A stretch of DNA of 64,000 bases from an uncultured Chloroflexia bacterium. Lineage in GTDB: Bacteria > Chloroflexota > Dehalococcoidia > DSTF01 > JALHUB01. The DNA lies in the NCBI GenBank assembly GCA_963726245.1, contig CAVSBT010000038.1, forward strand, positions 51,398 through 115,397. The letters are read 5' to 3'. The translations under genes were made by a program, and so were the position numbers. Position 1 is the stretch's first letter. Each line of letters begins with the position of its first letter. Below the pieces are notes generated by a model. It did not search any database. It was not told the origin of the DNA and worked only from the letters and a program-made list of their open reading frames with translations. This document shows positions 50,902-61,050 of the stretch, piece by piece.

Positions 50902-51859
50902 TTAGAACTCGAGTGTCGCCAGGAACTCGATGAGCTCCCCGTTGACCTCGGAGGGGCGCTCCTGCTGCGTCCAGTGACCGCAACCCGGGAGCGTCACTAC
51001 CTTACGCAGATTTGGCACGTGCGTCTTCATCGCGTCTGTTCGCGTGAAGCCGAGCACCGGGTCGCGGTCGCCACCGATGAAGAGAGCGGGTTGCCGCACC
51101 TCGGCGTCCGCCAGATGCGCCAGCTGCTCCCAGTCCCGATCCATGTTGCGATAGCGGTTGAGGCCGCCGCGAAAGCCGGTTCGCTCGAATTCGCCGACGT
51201 AGTAGTCAAGGTCCGCCTCTGTAAGCCAGGGCGGCAACCGCATCGGGTTCCGGCATGCCCGCCAGCAGTCCGGCGCTCTTCGGCTTGGGCGTGCCTGCTG
51301 TGCCCTTCGGTGCCTCGCCGGACCAGGCGTACAGCGCCATGCGCATCGATTTGCGGACGTCCGCCTCGAGCTCAGCCTCCGCGACTCCGGGCTCCTGGAA
51401 GTGGAGGATGTAGAAGAAGTTGTCGCCGAAGGCCTGCTTGAACGCCTGAACGGGCGGCGTCCGCGGGCGCGGCGTATACGGCACGCTGAGCGCGATCACA
51501 GCCGAGAAACGATCCGGATGCAGCAATGCGCAATGCCAGGCAATCGGCGCGCCCCAGTCGTGGCCGACGACGACTGCCTTCTCGACGCCTAGTGCGTCCA
51601 GCACTCCAACGGCGTCGCCCACAAGGTTGAGCATCGTGTAGCTCTCGATCGCCTGGGGAGCATCGGTGCGGCCGTAGCCGCGCACGTCGGGCGCGACGGC
51701 GTGATAGCCCGCACCGGCGAGCGCGGGAAGCTGGTGCCGCCACGAGTACCACAGCTCCGGGAAGCCGTGCAGCAGCAGCACCAGCGGCCCCTGGCCCTGC
51801 TCGGCGATGTGGATGGTGATGCCGTTCGCCGTGATCATTCGGTGAGCGATGTCAGGCAT
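50902..51859 (-). CDS. Alpha/beta epoxide hydrolase, frameshift ~51240
   Basis: LHGFPE, DVRGYG, GHDWGA and GHWTQQE. Confidence 0.92.
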
Positions 51860-51868
51860 GATAGCGCG

Positions 51869-53617
51869 TTATGCTCGCTGCTGCTCGGCCGTTGCCGACC
51901 TGACGTGTTTGGCCGCGGCCAGGAACTTGCCGATGTCCTGGTTGATCGCCAGCTTATTGAACTTGCCCACGCTGGTCTTGGGAATATCGTTGGTGATGAG
52001 GACGTAGTCAGGCAACATCCACCTCGTGATCTTCCCCTTGTCGACGCCCTCCTGTTGAAGATGCCTGATCACGTCCTCCTCGGTCTCGGTAGCTCCCGGC
52101 GCGAGGGTGACGAGGGCCATCGGCCTCTGGCCCCATATGTTATCGGGGACGCCGACGACCGCGGCCTCGAGTATGAAGTCGGCGGATGCGGCTATGTTCT
52201 CCAGCAGAACCGTCGGCACCATCTCGGACCCGCTCCTGATCATGTCCGATATGCGGTCGGCGATCGTGATGTAGCCATCCTTGTCGACCTTGGCCACGTC
52301 CCCGGTATGGAACCAGCCGTCGCGCCAGACCTCGGCTGTCTTCTCGGGGTCTTTGTAGTACTCGTCCATGACCCAGGGTCCGCGGATCACGATCTCGCCG
52401 ATGGCCGAATCGTCATGGGCCACAGGCTTCATGTTCTCGTCGACCACCTCCACCTCAATGCCGGGCACGGGTAGTCCCGTCTTGACGTAGAGCTTCTCCA
52501 GCTCCTCCTTCGGCAGGTCGGCGTCGGTCTTCTTGATGAAGGCGCGAATCGTGACGGGAGCGGTCTCCGTCATGCCATAGCCCGAAATGGCTCGGAAGCC
52601 GGGAATCAGCTTCTCGGCCTTGGTCTTGAGCCCGAGGGAGAGGGCGGCGCCACCCACCGAGCACGCCTCTATGCTGCTCAAGTCATACTTGTGCAGGTCC
52701 GGATACTCAATGATCATGGCCAGCATGGTGGGAACCAACGCGGTAGAGGTGACCTTCTCGTTCTGCACGAGCTCGCAGAAACCGTCAACGGTGAAGGTGC
52801 CGGGCAGAATCAGCCTGGTGCTTGTGAACACGGCCAGGTAGGGAGCACCCCAACCGTGGATGTGGAATAGGGGGATGTTGAGAAGAGCCACGCCGGACTC
52901 GCCGAGCCGCTGCTCTTGCGGGTCGTTGCTGAGAACTCCAAGCGTCATCAGGTGCAAGGTCATGAGATAGAGTGCCCTGTGGGTGAACATGACCCCCTTG
53001 GGGCGTCCCGTTGTGCCCGTCGTGTAGCAGAGGGTGGCGTAGGTGTCTTCGTGCAGCATCGGCCACTCGAACTGAGGAGGCTGCTGCCCGATCAGCTCCT
53101 CGTACGTGTACAGGTTCTCGATCTTGGTGTCCGGCCTCCCGGGCTGATCCGAGATGTAGACGAACTTCTTCACCGTACCCTTGATGCGGTCGTATATCTG
53201 CTCCACTAGAGGCAGGAACAGGTCGTCGAAGAATATGACCTTGTCTTCGGCGTGCGTGATCGTGTAGACGATATGGTCCGGCGAGAGCCTCATGTTGATC
53301 GCGTGCAGCACCGCCCCCGAACAGGAGACCCCGTAGTAGAGTTCGAGATGGCAGTGGTGATTGAGCGATATGGTGGCGACTCTGTCCCCTGGTTCGCCCG
53401 GCTTCCCCGGCCGGACTCCCAGCGCCGTCAGGGCGTTGGCAAGACGGCAGGTACGCTCGTACCACTCGGCCCAGGTGAAGCGGAAGTACTGGCCGGTCCT
53501 GAAGTTTCGATATACGATTCCGATTTCGTCCGGGTACAGGTTTACCGGCCTCTTCATGAATGTTGTCAGGAGGAGTGGGTAGTTCTTGCTGTATTCTGGG
53601 TAGGTCCTGGCTGTCAT
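51869..53617 (-). CDS. Long-chain fatty-acid--CoA ligase
   Basis: YTTGTTGRPKG, GYGMTE, TGDV and PKTSVGK. Confidence 0.93.
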   Translation of the reverse strand: MTARTYPEYSKNYPLLLTTFMKRPVNLYPDEIGIVYRNFRTGQYFRFTWAEWYERTCRLANALTALGVRPGKPGEPGDRVATISLNHHCHLELYYGVSCSGAVLHAINMRLSPDHIVYTITHAEDKVIFFDDLFLPLVEQIYDRIKGTVKKFVYISDQPGRPDTKIENLYTYEELIGQQPPQFEWPMLHEDTYATLCYTTGTTGRPKGVMFTHRALYLMTLHLMTLGVLSNDPQEQRLGESGVALLNIPLFHIHGWGAPYLAVFTSTRLILPGTFTVDGFCELVQNEKVTSTALVPTMLAMIIEYPDLHKYDLSSIEACSVGGAALSLGLKTKAEKLIPGFRAISGYGMTETAPVTIRAFIKKTDADLPKEELEKLYVKTGLPVPGIEVEVVDENMKPVAHDDSAIGEIVIRGPWVMDEYYKDPEKTAEVWRDGWFHTGDVAKVDKDGYITIADRISDMIRSGSEMVPTVLLENIAASADFILEAAVVGVPDNIWGQRPMALVTLAPGATETEEDVIRHLQQEGVDKGKITRWMLPDYVLITNDIPKTSVGKFNKLAINQDIGKFLAAAKHVRSATAEQQRA

Positions 53618-53725
53618 CTCCGCTCTTCCCTCTTGCAGCTCATCAACTAAGTTCGGCAGTCATCAGGATACGCCTGCCGTTGGCTTCGGAAAAGGGACGT
53701 GGAAATCGAGGGCCAGGTATGCGGG

Positions 53726-54694
53726 CTACGGGATCAGCAGCACACGCCCGAAAGCCTGCCTGCTCTCGATGTAGGCGTGGGCTGCCGCCGCCTCGGACAG
53801 CGGGTAGGTGCGGTCGATGACGACGCGAAGCGAGGCGCTGGCAACTTCATCCAGAAGCCGCGCTACCAGCCGGCGCACGCGCTCGGTATTCTTCACCATC
53901 TCCAAACCGAAGAAAAGGCCTGTGAGCGACCGGTTCCCCTGTAACAGAAAGCCGAGTTCCGGAGCTTCATTGCTCCGGCCGGCCCGGCCTACGGTGATCG
54001 CCCTGCCTCTGTAGGCCAGGCTCTTGAGGCTTCCCTCAAGCACCTTGCCGCCCACCGTATCGACAACCAGGTCGACCCCCTTGCCGTCTGTGAGCTTCTG
54101 AACCACGGCCACGAAGTCGTCGGTCACGTAGTTGATCCCATGATCCAGGCCGAACTCCTTGAGCCGCTCCAGCTTCTCGTTGCTGGAAGCGGTCGCCAGG
54201 ACAGTTGCCCCAGCCCGTTTCGCCAGTTGGATGGCCGCCAGCCCGACGCCACTGGAGCCGGCCTGAATCAGCACCGTCTCGCCCGCCTTCAGATGTCCGA
54301 ACTCGAACAGAGAGTCATCGGCAGTGCCGAACGCGATCGGCACGCAGGCGGCCCGCTCCAGGTCGAGCTCTTCGGGGATCAGCCACGTGGCGATCGCCGG
54401 CACCGAGATGATCGAAGCGTGCGAGCCGTGGGCCGTGAAAGTGACGACACGCTGGCCGACCGAGCGGTCTTTGACGTTGGCGCCCAGCTCTCGGATGGTG
54501 CCCGCGCACTGGTAGCCCACGATATGGGGTCGCGATGCCATCGGGCCGCCGGCACGATTGAGGAGATCGCCGCCCTCGATGCTCACTGCCTTGACATCGA
54601 TGAGTACGCCGTCTGGATGGCACTGGGGATCGGGCACGTCCTCGTACCGGAGAACGCTCGATGGGCCCGTCTCGTAGTAGACAGCCGCTTTCAT
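53726..54694 (-). CDS. MDR/quinone oxidoreductase-like dehydrogenase
   Basis: AGSSGVGLA, GVDLVVD and GRVLL. Confidence 0.9.
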   Translation of the reverse strand: MKAAVYYETGPSSVLRYEDVPDPQCHPDGVLIDVKAVSIEGGDLLNRAGGPMASRPHIVGYQCAGTIRELGANVKDRSVGQRVVTFTAHGSHASIISVPAIATWLIPEELDLERAACVPIAFGTADDSLFEFGHLKAGETVLIQAGSSGVGLAAIQLAKRAGATVLATASSNEKLERLKEFGLDHGINYVTDDFVAVVQKLTDGKGVDLVVDTVGGKVLEGSLKSLAYRGRAITVGRAGRSNEAPELGFLLQGNRSLTGLFFGLEMVKNTERVRRLVARLLDEVASASLRVVIDRTYPLSEAAAAHAYIESRQAFGRVLLIP

Positions 54695-54861
54695 AGCCTG
54701 CTCACCTCCCAATTCCAGTATAGCAAGTTGGGCAGCGCCCAGGGGTGGCGGCACGAGGTCAAGGCGGCGCCCGCGCGCTGTCCAACGGCTTTGCTAGAAT
54801 GGAATAAGGAACAGAAACAAGCGAGAGGTATCGACGCAAGCGCCGATGGGAGGGACGAGCG

Positions 54862-55446
54862 ATGTCGGCTGGCATGCCGAATGAGGAGAAGCTGCCGGCG
54901 GCCGGACTCGAGACGGCCACAATGGCGGGAGGATGCTTCTGGTGTACGGAGGCGGTGTTCCGGAGGATCAGGGGTGTCCACGAAGTGATCTCGGGCTACG
55001 CCGGCGGGGACGTGGAAGACCCCTCCTACGGGCAGGTCTCCACCGGCCGGACCGGCCATGCCGAAAGCGTGCAGATCACGTTCGACCCGCGGGTCGTCTC
55101 GTATGACAGCCTACTGGACGTGTTCTGGGCGACCCACGATCCGACCACCCGAGACCGGCAGGGTGCGGATGTCGGATCCCAGTATCGCTCGGCCATCTTC
55201 TACCACAGCGAAGAGCAGAGGCGGGCGGCCGAGGCTTCCAAGAGCAAATGGGAGGCATCCGGCAAACTGAAGGGGAAGATCGTGACGGGCATCGAGCCGT
55301 TCAAGAGCTTCTACCCGGCCGAGAACCATCACCAAGACTACTACGCCGCTAACGCGGGCGCCCCATATTGCTCAATAGTGATCGATCCCAAGATCCGGAA
55401 GCTGATGCGCGATTTCGCGGACGACGTAAAGGAGGAATACCAATGA
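54862..55446 (+). CDS. msrA: Peptide methionine sulfoxide reductase A
   Basis: GGCFWC, GHAE and AENHHQDY. Confidence 0.95.
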   Translation: MSAGMPNEEKLPAAGLETATMAGGCFWCTEAVFRRIRGVHEVISGYAGGDVEDPSYGQVSTGRTGHAESVQITFDPRVVSYDSLLDVFWATHDPTTRDRQGADVGSQYRSAIFYHSEEQRRAAEASKSKWEASGKLKGKIVTGIEPFKSFYPAENHHQDYYAANAGAPYCSIVIDPKIRKLMRDFADDVKEEYQ

Positions 55447-55856
55447 CGCGAGGCAAGGAGGACACCCTCGACGCGCTGAAGAAGAAGCTTACGCCGGAGC
55501 AGTACAACATCTGCTTTCTAAAGGGGACGGAGCCTCCATTCTCCGGCAAGTACACTCACAACAAGGAACCTGGGACCTATGCTTGTGTCGTCTGCGGGGC
55601 CGAGCTCTTCTCTTCGGACTCTAAGTTCGATTCGAAGACGGGCTGGCCGTCCTTCGACCGGCCTGTGGCCGGCGAGGGCATTGCATACGCCGACGATCGC
55701 TCCCTTGGGATGCACAGGATCGAGGTGACGTGCAAGAACTGCGGCGCTCACCTGGGGCACATCTTCGATGACGGCCCCACTGAGACCGGCAAGCGGTATT
55801 GCATCAACTCCCTCGCCATGGAGTTCATGCCGAGAGCGAAGGCCGGTCCCGAATAG
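55443..55856 (+). CDS. msrB: Peptide methionine sulfoxide reductase B
   Basis: GTEPPF, GWPSF, HLGHIF and RYCINS; ATGA overlap with msrA. Confidence 0.95.
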   Translation: MTRGKEDTLDALKKKLTPEQYNICFLKGTEPPFSGKYTHNKEPGTYACVVCGAELFSSDSKFDSKTGWPSFDRPVAGEGIAYADDRSLGMHRIEVTCKNCGAHLGHIFDDGPTETGKRYCINSLAMEFMPRAKAGPE

Positions 55857-55937
55857 AAGGCTCGGCCGTTCGACCGAGCCCTGCGCATTCAAGAAACCTC
55901 GAGCGGGAAACCCGGCGGATCCGCGAGTTCGCGCTTC

Positions 55938-57788
55938 CTAGCCCCGCCCCGCGCCCCGCGCCCGCTCGTTTGCCGTGAGCAGCCGCTTTCGCAGTCGCAG
56001 GCTCTTCGGCGTCACCTCCAGCATCTCGTCCTCGGCGATCCACTCCAGCGCCTGCTCCAGCGACATCCGCCGCACCGGCAGCAGTTGCACCGCGATGTCC
56101 GACGTCGACGAGCGGATGTTGGTGAGCTTCTTTTCCTTCGTGATGTTGACGTTGATGTCACCCTCGCGCGCGTTCTCACCGACGATCATCCCCTCGTACA
56201 CACGTTCCGCCGGCTCGACGAACATCTCCCCTCGCTCCTGCGCCTGCTCCATCGCGTACGCCACCACCGTGCCCGCGCGGTCCGCCACCAAAGCGCCGTT
56301 CGTGCGATGCTCAATCTCGCCCTGCCACGGCCCATACCCATCAAACAGGTGGTTCAGCAGCCCCGTGCCGCGGGTGTCCGTCAGGAACTGGCTGCGGAAG
56401 CCGATGAGCCCCCGCGATGGGATGCGGAACTCCAGCCGCACCCGGCCCGTGCCGTGGTTCACGATGTTCGTCATGCGCCCCTTGCGGCTGGCGATCTTCT
56501 GCGTCACGACGCCCACGTAGTCCTCCGGGCAGTCGATCACCAGGTGCTCCATGGGCTCGTGCACTACGCCATCGATTTCGCGGGTTATCACCTGCGGCTT
56601 GCTCACCGACAGCTCGAATCCCTCGCGCCGCATCATCTCGATCAAGATCGCCATCTGCAGCTCGCCTCGGCCCGACACCTTGAAGCTGTCCGCCGAGTCG
56701 CCCGGCTCAACGCGCAGCGCCACGTTCGTCAGCACTTCCCGTTCCAGCCGGTCCTTCAGGTTGCGCGATGTTACGAACCGTCCCTCTTGGCCAGCAACGG
56801 GAGAGGTGTTGATCGAAAACATCATCCTCACGGTCGGCTCGTCGACGGTCACGCGCGGAAGCGGCCGCGGGTCATCCACGTCGGTGATAGTGTCCCCGAT
56901 GTTCACCTCGTCGAACCCCGCGAGTTGTACGATGTCCCCCGGCCCCGCCTTGGCCACCTCGACGCGCTCCAGCCCCTCAAATGTGTACAGATAGCTTATC
57001 CGGGCGCGATCGATGCTGCCGTCTTCGCGCACCAGTCCCACGTCCTGCTTCGCGCGCAGGCGCCCATTGACGATACGCCCCACCGCCAGCCGTCCAACAA
57101 AGTCCGAGTAGTCGAGGTTCAGCACCAGCATCTGCAGGGGCGTTGACGGCTGATAGCGCGGTGCCGGGATTGAGCGGACGATCGCGTCGAACAGCGGCTT
57201 CAGGCGATGGTCCTCGCCTTCGGGCGTCAGCCGGCAGACGCCGTCGCGCGCGATCGTGTAGAGCACAGGAAAATCGAGCTGGTCCTCGTGCGCGTCGAGG
57301 TCGATGAAAAGGTCGTAGATCTCGTCCAGCACCTCCTGCGGCCGCGCGTCCTTCCGGTCGATCTTGTTGATCACCACGATCGGCGGCAGTCCCAGTTCGA
57401 GTGCCTTCTTCAGCACGAAGCGCGTCTGCGGCAGCGGCCCTTCGCTGGCGTCGACCAGTAGCAGCACGCCGTCGACCATCTTCAGCGTGCGCTCCACCTC
57501 GCCCCCGAAGTCGGCATGTCCGGGCGTGTCGACGATGTTGATCTTGTACCGGCCATACCGCACCGCTGCGTTCTTGGCCAGAATCGTGATCCCCTTCTCG
57601 CGCTCCAGGTCGTTCGAGTCCATCACACGCTCGACGACCTCTTGGTTCTCGCGGAAGACGCCGGTCTGCCACAGCATTGCGTCGATCAGCGTCGTCTTGC
57701 CGTGGTCGACGTGGGAGATGATTGCGATGTTGCGGATGCCGTTACGGACGGCGTTGCCCTCCAGGGCAGTGGTTTGGGCTGTGATCAT
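55938..57788 (-). CDS. typA: Translational GTPase TypA/BipA, copy 1
   Basis: [34 protein letters not shown] and [11 protein letters not shown]. Confidence 0.96.
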   Translation of the reverse strand: MITAQTTALEGNAVRNGIRNIAIISHVDHGKTTLIDAMLWQTGVFRENQEVVERVMDSNDLEREKGITILAKNAAVRYGRYKINIVDTPGHADFGGEVERTLKMVDGVLLLVDASEGPLPQTRFVLKKALELGLPPIVVINKIDRKDARPQEVLDEIYDLFIDLDAHEDQLDFPVLYTIARDGVCRLTPEGEDHRLKPLFDAIVRSIPAPRYQPSTPLQMLVLNLDYSDFVGRLAVGRIVNGRLRAKQDVGLVREDGSIDRARISYLYTFEGLERVEVAKAGPGDIVQLAGFDEVNIGDTITDVDDPRPLPRVTVDEPTVRMMFSINTSPVAGQEGRFVTSRNLKDRLEREVLTNVALRVEPGDSADSFKVSGRGELQMAILIEMMRREGFELSVSKPQVITREIDGVVHEPMEHLVIDCPEDYVGVVTQKIASRKGRMTNIVNHGTGRVRLEFRIPSRGLIGFRSQFLTDTRGTGLLNHLFDGYGPWQGEIEHRTNGALVADRAGTVVAYAMEQAQERGEMFVEPAERVYEGMIVGENAREGDINVNITKEKKLTNIRSSTSDIAVQLLPVRRMSLEQALEWIAEDEMLEVTPKSLRLRKRLLTANERARGAGRG

Positions 57789-59761
57789 GATGCTCCATCA
57801 AGAAAGCCGGGCGAAGTGTCCGGCTTCGTCAACGATTTCGGGGAAAAGACCTGGAGCGGGAAACGGGACTCGAACCTGCCTGCCGGCAGCCGCGAGTTCG
57901 TCTTGCCACCCCACACCCGCCCCGCGCCCCGCGCCCGCTCGTTTGCCGTGAGCAGCCGCTTTCGCAGTCGCAGGCTCTTCGGCGTCACCTCCAGCATCTC
58001 GTCCTCGGCGATCCACTCCAGCGCCTGCTCCAGCGACATCCGCCGCACCGGCAGCAGTTGCACCGCGATGTCCGACGTCGACGAGCGGATGTTGGTGAGC
58101 TTCTTTTCCTTCGTGATGTTGACGTTGATGTCACCCTCGCGCGCGTTCTCGCCGACGATCATCCCCTCGTACACACGTTCCGCCGGCTCGACGAACATCT
58201 CCCCTCGCTCCTGCGCCTGCTCGATGGCGTACGCCACCACCGTGCCCGCGCGGTCCGCCACCAGAGCGCCGTTCGTGCGATGCTCGATCTCGCCCCGCCA
58301 CGGCTCATACCCATCGAATAGGTGGTTCAGCAGCCCCGTGCCGCGGGTGTCCGTCAGGAACTGGCTGCGGAAGCCGATGAGCCCCCGCGATGGGATGCGG
58401 AACTCCAGCCGCACCCGGCCCGTGCCGTGGTTCACGATGTTCGTCATGCGCCCCTTGCGGCTGGCGATCTTCTGCGTCACGACGCCCACGTAGTCCTCCG
58501 GGCAGTCGATCACCAGGTGCTCCATGGGCTCGTGCACTACGCCATCGATTTCGCGGGTTATCACCTGCGGCTTGCTCACCGACAGCTCGAATCCCTCGCG
58601 CCGCATCATCTCGATCAAGATCGCCATCTGCAGTTCGCCTCGGCCCGACACCTTGAAGCTGTCCGCCGAGTCGCCCGGCTCAACGCGCAGCGCCACGTTC
58701 GTCAGCACTTCCCGTTCCAGCCGGTCCTTCAGGTTGCGCGATGTTACGAACCGTCCCTCTTGGCCAGCGAAGGGAGAGGTGTTGATCGAAAACATCATGC
58801 TCACGGTCGGCTCGTCGACGGTCACGCGCGGAAGCGGCCGCGGGTCATCCGCGTCGGTGATAGTGTCCCCGATGTTCACCTCGTCGAACCCCGCGAGTTG
58901 TACGATGTCCCCCGGCCCCGCCTTGGCCACCTCGACGCGCTCCAGCCCCTCAAATGTGTACAGATAGCTTATCCGGGCGCGATCGATGCTGCCGTCCTCG
59001 CGCACCAGTCCCACGTCCTGCTTCGCGCGCAGGCGCCCGTTGACGATACGCCCTACCGCCAGCCGTCCGACAAAGTCCGAGTAGTCGAGGTTCAGCACCA
59101 GCATCTGCAGGGGCGTTGACGGCTGATAGCGCGGTGCCGGGATTGCCCGGACGATCTCCTCGAACAGCGGCTTCAGGCGATGGTCCTCGCCTTCGGGCGT
59201 CAGCCGGCAGACGCCGTCGCGCGCGATCGTGTAGAGCACAGGAAAATCGAGCTGGTCCTCGTGCGCGTCGAGGTCGATGAAAAGGTCGTAGATCTCGTCC
59301 AGCACCTCCTGCGGCCGCGCGTCCTTCCGGTCGATCTTGTTGATCACCACGATCGGCGGCAGTCCCAGTTCGAGTGCCTTCTTCAGCACGAAGCGCGTCT
59401 GCGGCAGCGGCCCTTCGCTGGCGTCGACCAGTAGCAGCACGCCGTCGACCATCTTCAGCGTGCGCTCCACCTCGCCCCCGAAGTCGGCATGTCCGGGCGT
59501 GTCGACGATGTTGATCTTGTACCGGCCAAACCGCACCGCTGCGTTCTTGGCCAGAATCGTGATCCCCTTCTCGCGCTCCAGGTCGTTCGAGTCCATCACA
59601 CGCTCGACGACCTCTTGGTTCTCGCGGAAGACGCCGGTCTGCCACAGCATTGCGTCGATCAGCGTCGTCTTGCCGTGGTCGACGTGGGAGATGATTGCGA
59701 TGTTGCGGATGCCGTTTCGGACGGCGTTGCCCTCGATGGCAGTGATTTGGGCTGCGGTCAT
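57785..59761 (-). CDS. typA: Translational GTPase TypA/BipA, copy 2 with read-through C-terminal extension
   Basis: Near-identical to copy 1 at an offset of 1973 bp. The stop is missing, so the ORF reads on to a TGA overlapping the copy 1 ATG. Confidence 0.92.
   Translation of the reverse strand: MTAAQITAIEGNAVRNGIRNIAIISHVDHGKTTLIDAMLWQTGVFRENQEVVERVMDSNDLEREKGITILAKNAAVRFGRYKINIVDTPGHADFGGEVERTLKMVDGVLLLVDASEGPLPQTRFVLKKALELGLPPIVVINKIDRKDARPQEVLDEIYDLFIDLDAHEDQLDFPVLYTIARDGVCRLTPEGEDHRLKPLFEEIVRAIPAPRYQPSTPLQMLVLNLDYSDFVGRLAVGRIVNGRLRAKQDVGLVREDGSIDRARISYLYTFEGLERVEVAKAGPGDIVQLAGFDEVNIGDTITDADDPRPLPRVTVDEPTVSMMFSINTSPFAGQEGRFVTSRNLKDRLEREVLTNVALRVEPGDSADSFKVSGRGELQMAILIEMMRREGFELSVSKPQVITREIDGVVHEPMEHLVIDCPEDYVGVVTQKIASRKGRMTNIVNHGTGRVRLEFRIPSRGLIGFRSQFLTDTRGTGLLNHLFDGYEPWRGEIEHRTNGALVADRAGTVVAYAIEQAQERGEMFVEPAERVYEGMIVGENAREGDINVNITKEKKLTNIRSSTSDIAVQLLPVRRMSLEQALEWIAEDEMLEVTPKSLRLRKRLLTANERARGAGRVWGGKTNSRLPAGRFESRFPLQVFSPKSLTKPDTSPGFLDGAS
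57852..57876 (-). repeat. Duplicated 3' 25 nt of tRNA-Gly (att-like fragment)
   Basis: TGGAGCGGGAAACGGGACTCGAACC is identical to 59825-59849. Confidence 0.9.
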
Positions 59762-59771
59762 GATGCTCCAT

Positions 59772-59799
59772 CAAGAAAGCCGGGCGAAGTGCCCGGCTT
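59772..59799 (-). terminator. Terminator-like hairpin between tRNA-Gly and typA (second copy 57799-57826)
   Basis: Minus strand AAGCCGGGC-ACTTC-GCCCGGCTT followed by TCTT. Confidence 0.6.
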
Positions 59800-59824
59800 C
59801 GTCAACGATTTCGGGGAAAAGACC

Positions 59825-59900
59825 TGGAGCGGGAAACGGGACTCGAACCCGCGACCCTCTGCTTGGGAAGCAGATGCTCTACCAACTGAGCTATTCCCGC
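59825..59900 (-). tRNA. tRNA-Gly (CCC)
   Basis: GCGGGAATAGCTCAGTTGGTAGAGCATCTGCTTCCCAAGCAGAGGGTCGCGGGTTCGAGTCCCGTTTCCCGCTCCA; 76 nt cloverleaf with encoded CCA. Confidence 0.97.
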
Positions 59901-59927
59901 AGGGTTCGGGCCAATAGGCCCACTGAC

Positions 59928-59956
59928 AATATACACTGGCGGCCCTGAACCGTCCA
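59928..59956 (-). promoter_or_regulatory. tRNA-Gly promoter (second copy 62693-62722)
   Basis: TGGACG-17-TATATT; the copy has TGGACG-18-TATATT with a TG extension. The hexamers are conserved while the spacer has diverged. Confidence 0.65.
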
Positions 59957-59970
59957 GCGGCCTGGTCGCC

Positions 59971-60832
59971 AACTGCTGGCCCGGCCCGATGGCTCTACGG
60001 GGTCCGGTGTGCCGTCGCCGTCGCGTCGCCAGCCATGCTCCCCGCCCCGGCGACCGGGGTTGCGTCGGGCGGACCGGCGGGTGGCGCCTTCGGCTTCGCT
60101 AGGCGTGAGGTGCCTTTCGGTCGTCTTGCAGTTGGTGCAACTCGTAGAGGTTCGAACTCTGTCCGCGCCGGCTTACGCGCTGATGGTGCGTCACGAGCCC
60201 GTAGTCCTCTAGTTCTCGGAGCGCACGGACGACGGTGGATTCGGCGAGCCGCGTGCGCTGCGCGATCGTCCGGTGAAACGGGAAGCAATAGCCTTCGTCG
60301 TCAGCGACGCGCGAGAGGTAGGCGTAGACGCGCTTGGCGCTCGGCGTCAGGTCAGCGAGTTGTTGAACACGCGGATCGGTGGCGCGCCGCTTCGTGGCAA
60401 AGTCGATGGAGCCGGCGCGACTGTGCAGCTTTCCGGCTGGCGTGCGTCGTTCGCTGATATATTGCGTGCCGCCGGTCGGCCGCGGCCGCGCGGCGAACAT
60501 CCGCCGGATCGTATGAAGAAGCGACACTGGGGGCCCCCGTGTTGCCGTTGTCGTCGCAGGACCAAGAAGCTACCCGGCGTTCTGATCCGAACTACGACCG
60601 GGTGTCCTTGGCCACCGTTCCATTCGCTGACCGCGTGGGCTTCAGATTACCACGCGTAGCGCACAGCGTTACAGGGGGATGATTGGGAAGCACGGGTCCG
60701 GGAGCCGGAGCGTCGCCGGGGAGGGGCGCGCCAGGGGCGCGCCGACTCGCCTTGGCCCTTGTAGGCCCGTGCTAGAATTGCCGGCCCGACGCGATGGCCG
60801 GGCCGGGGTCCGGTGTGCCGTCGCCGTCGCGT
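59971..60832. repeat. ~56-bp imperfect direct repeats (59971-60026 and 60776-60832) flanking the wHTH gene
   Basis: Identical 29-nt core CGGGGTCCGGTGTGCCGTCGCCGTCGCGT plus a similar 23-nt upstream block. Confidence 0.8.
60099..60527 (-). CDS. Winged-HTH protein (HTH_36, phage/plasmid replication-initiator-like)
   Basis: LTPSAKRVYAYL...GYCFP..RTIAQRT.LAESTVVRALRELEDYGLV...SNLYEL. Confidence 0.8.
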   Translation of the reverse strand: MSLLHTIRRMFAARPRPTGGTQYISERRTPAGKLHSRAGSIDFATKRRATDPRVQQLADLTPSAKRVYAYLSRVADDEGYCFPFHRTIAQRTRLAESTVVRALRELEDYGLVTHHQRVSRRGQSSNLYELHQLQDDRKAPHA

Positions 60833-61050
60833 GGCCTGAAGCGGGACAGCACGGGCCGGAAAGGGCTGGGCGCGGGGGAGGGGGCTGCGCGCTTGTTGCT
60901 GGCTGGCTACGCTGGCAGGTGGGGGTCAACGCGTTCTGCCTGGGTCCGACGGACGAGTATCGGCGGTTTCGGGCGGGAGACGAGGCTGCGGATGCGCGTG
61001 GGGGGCGCCGGAGCACCCCGGGCAGGTATGAGGAACTGCAGTCAGTGTTC

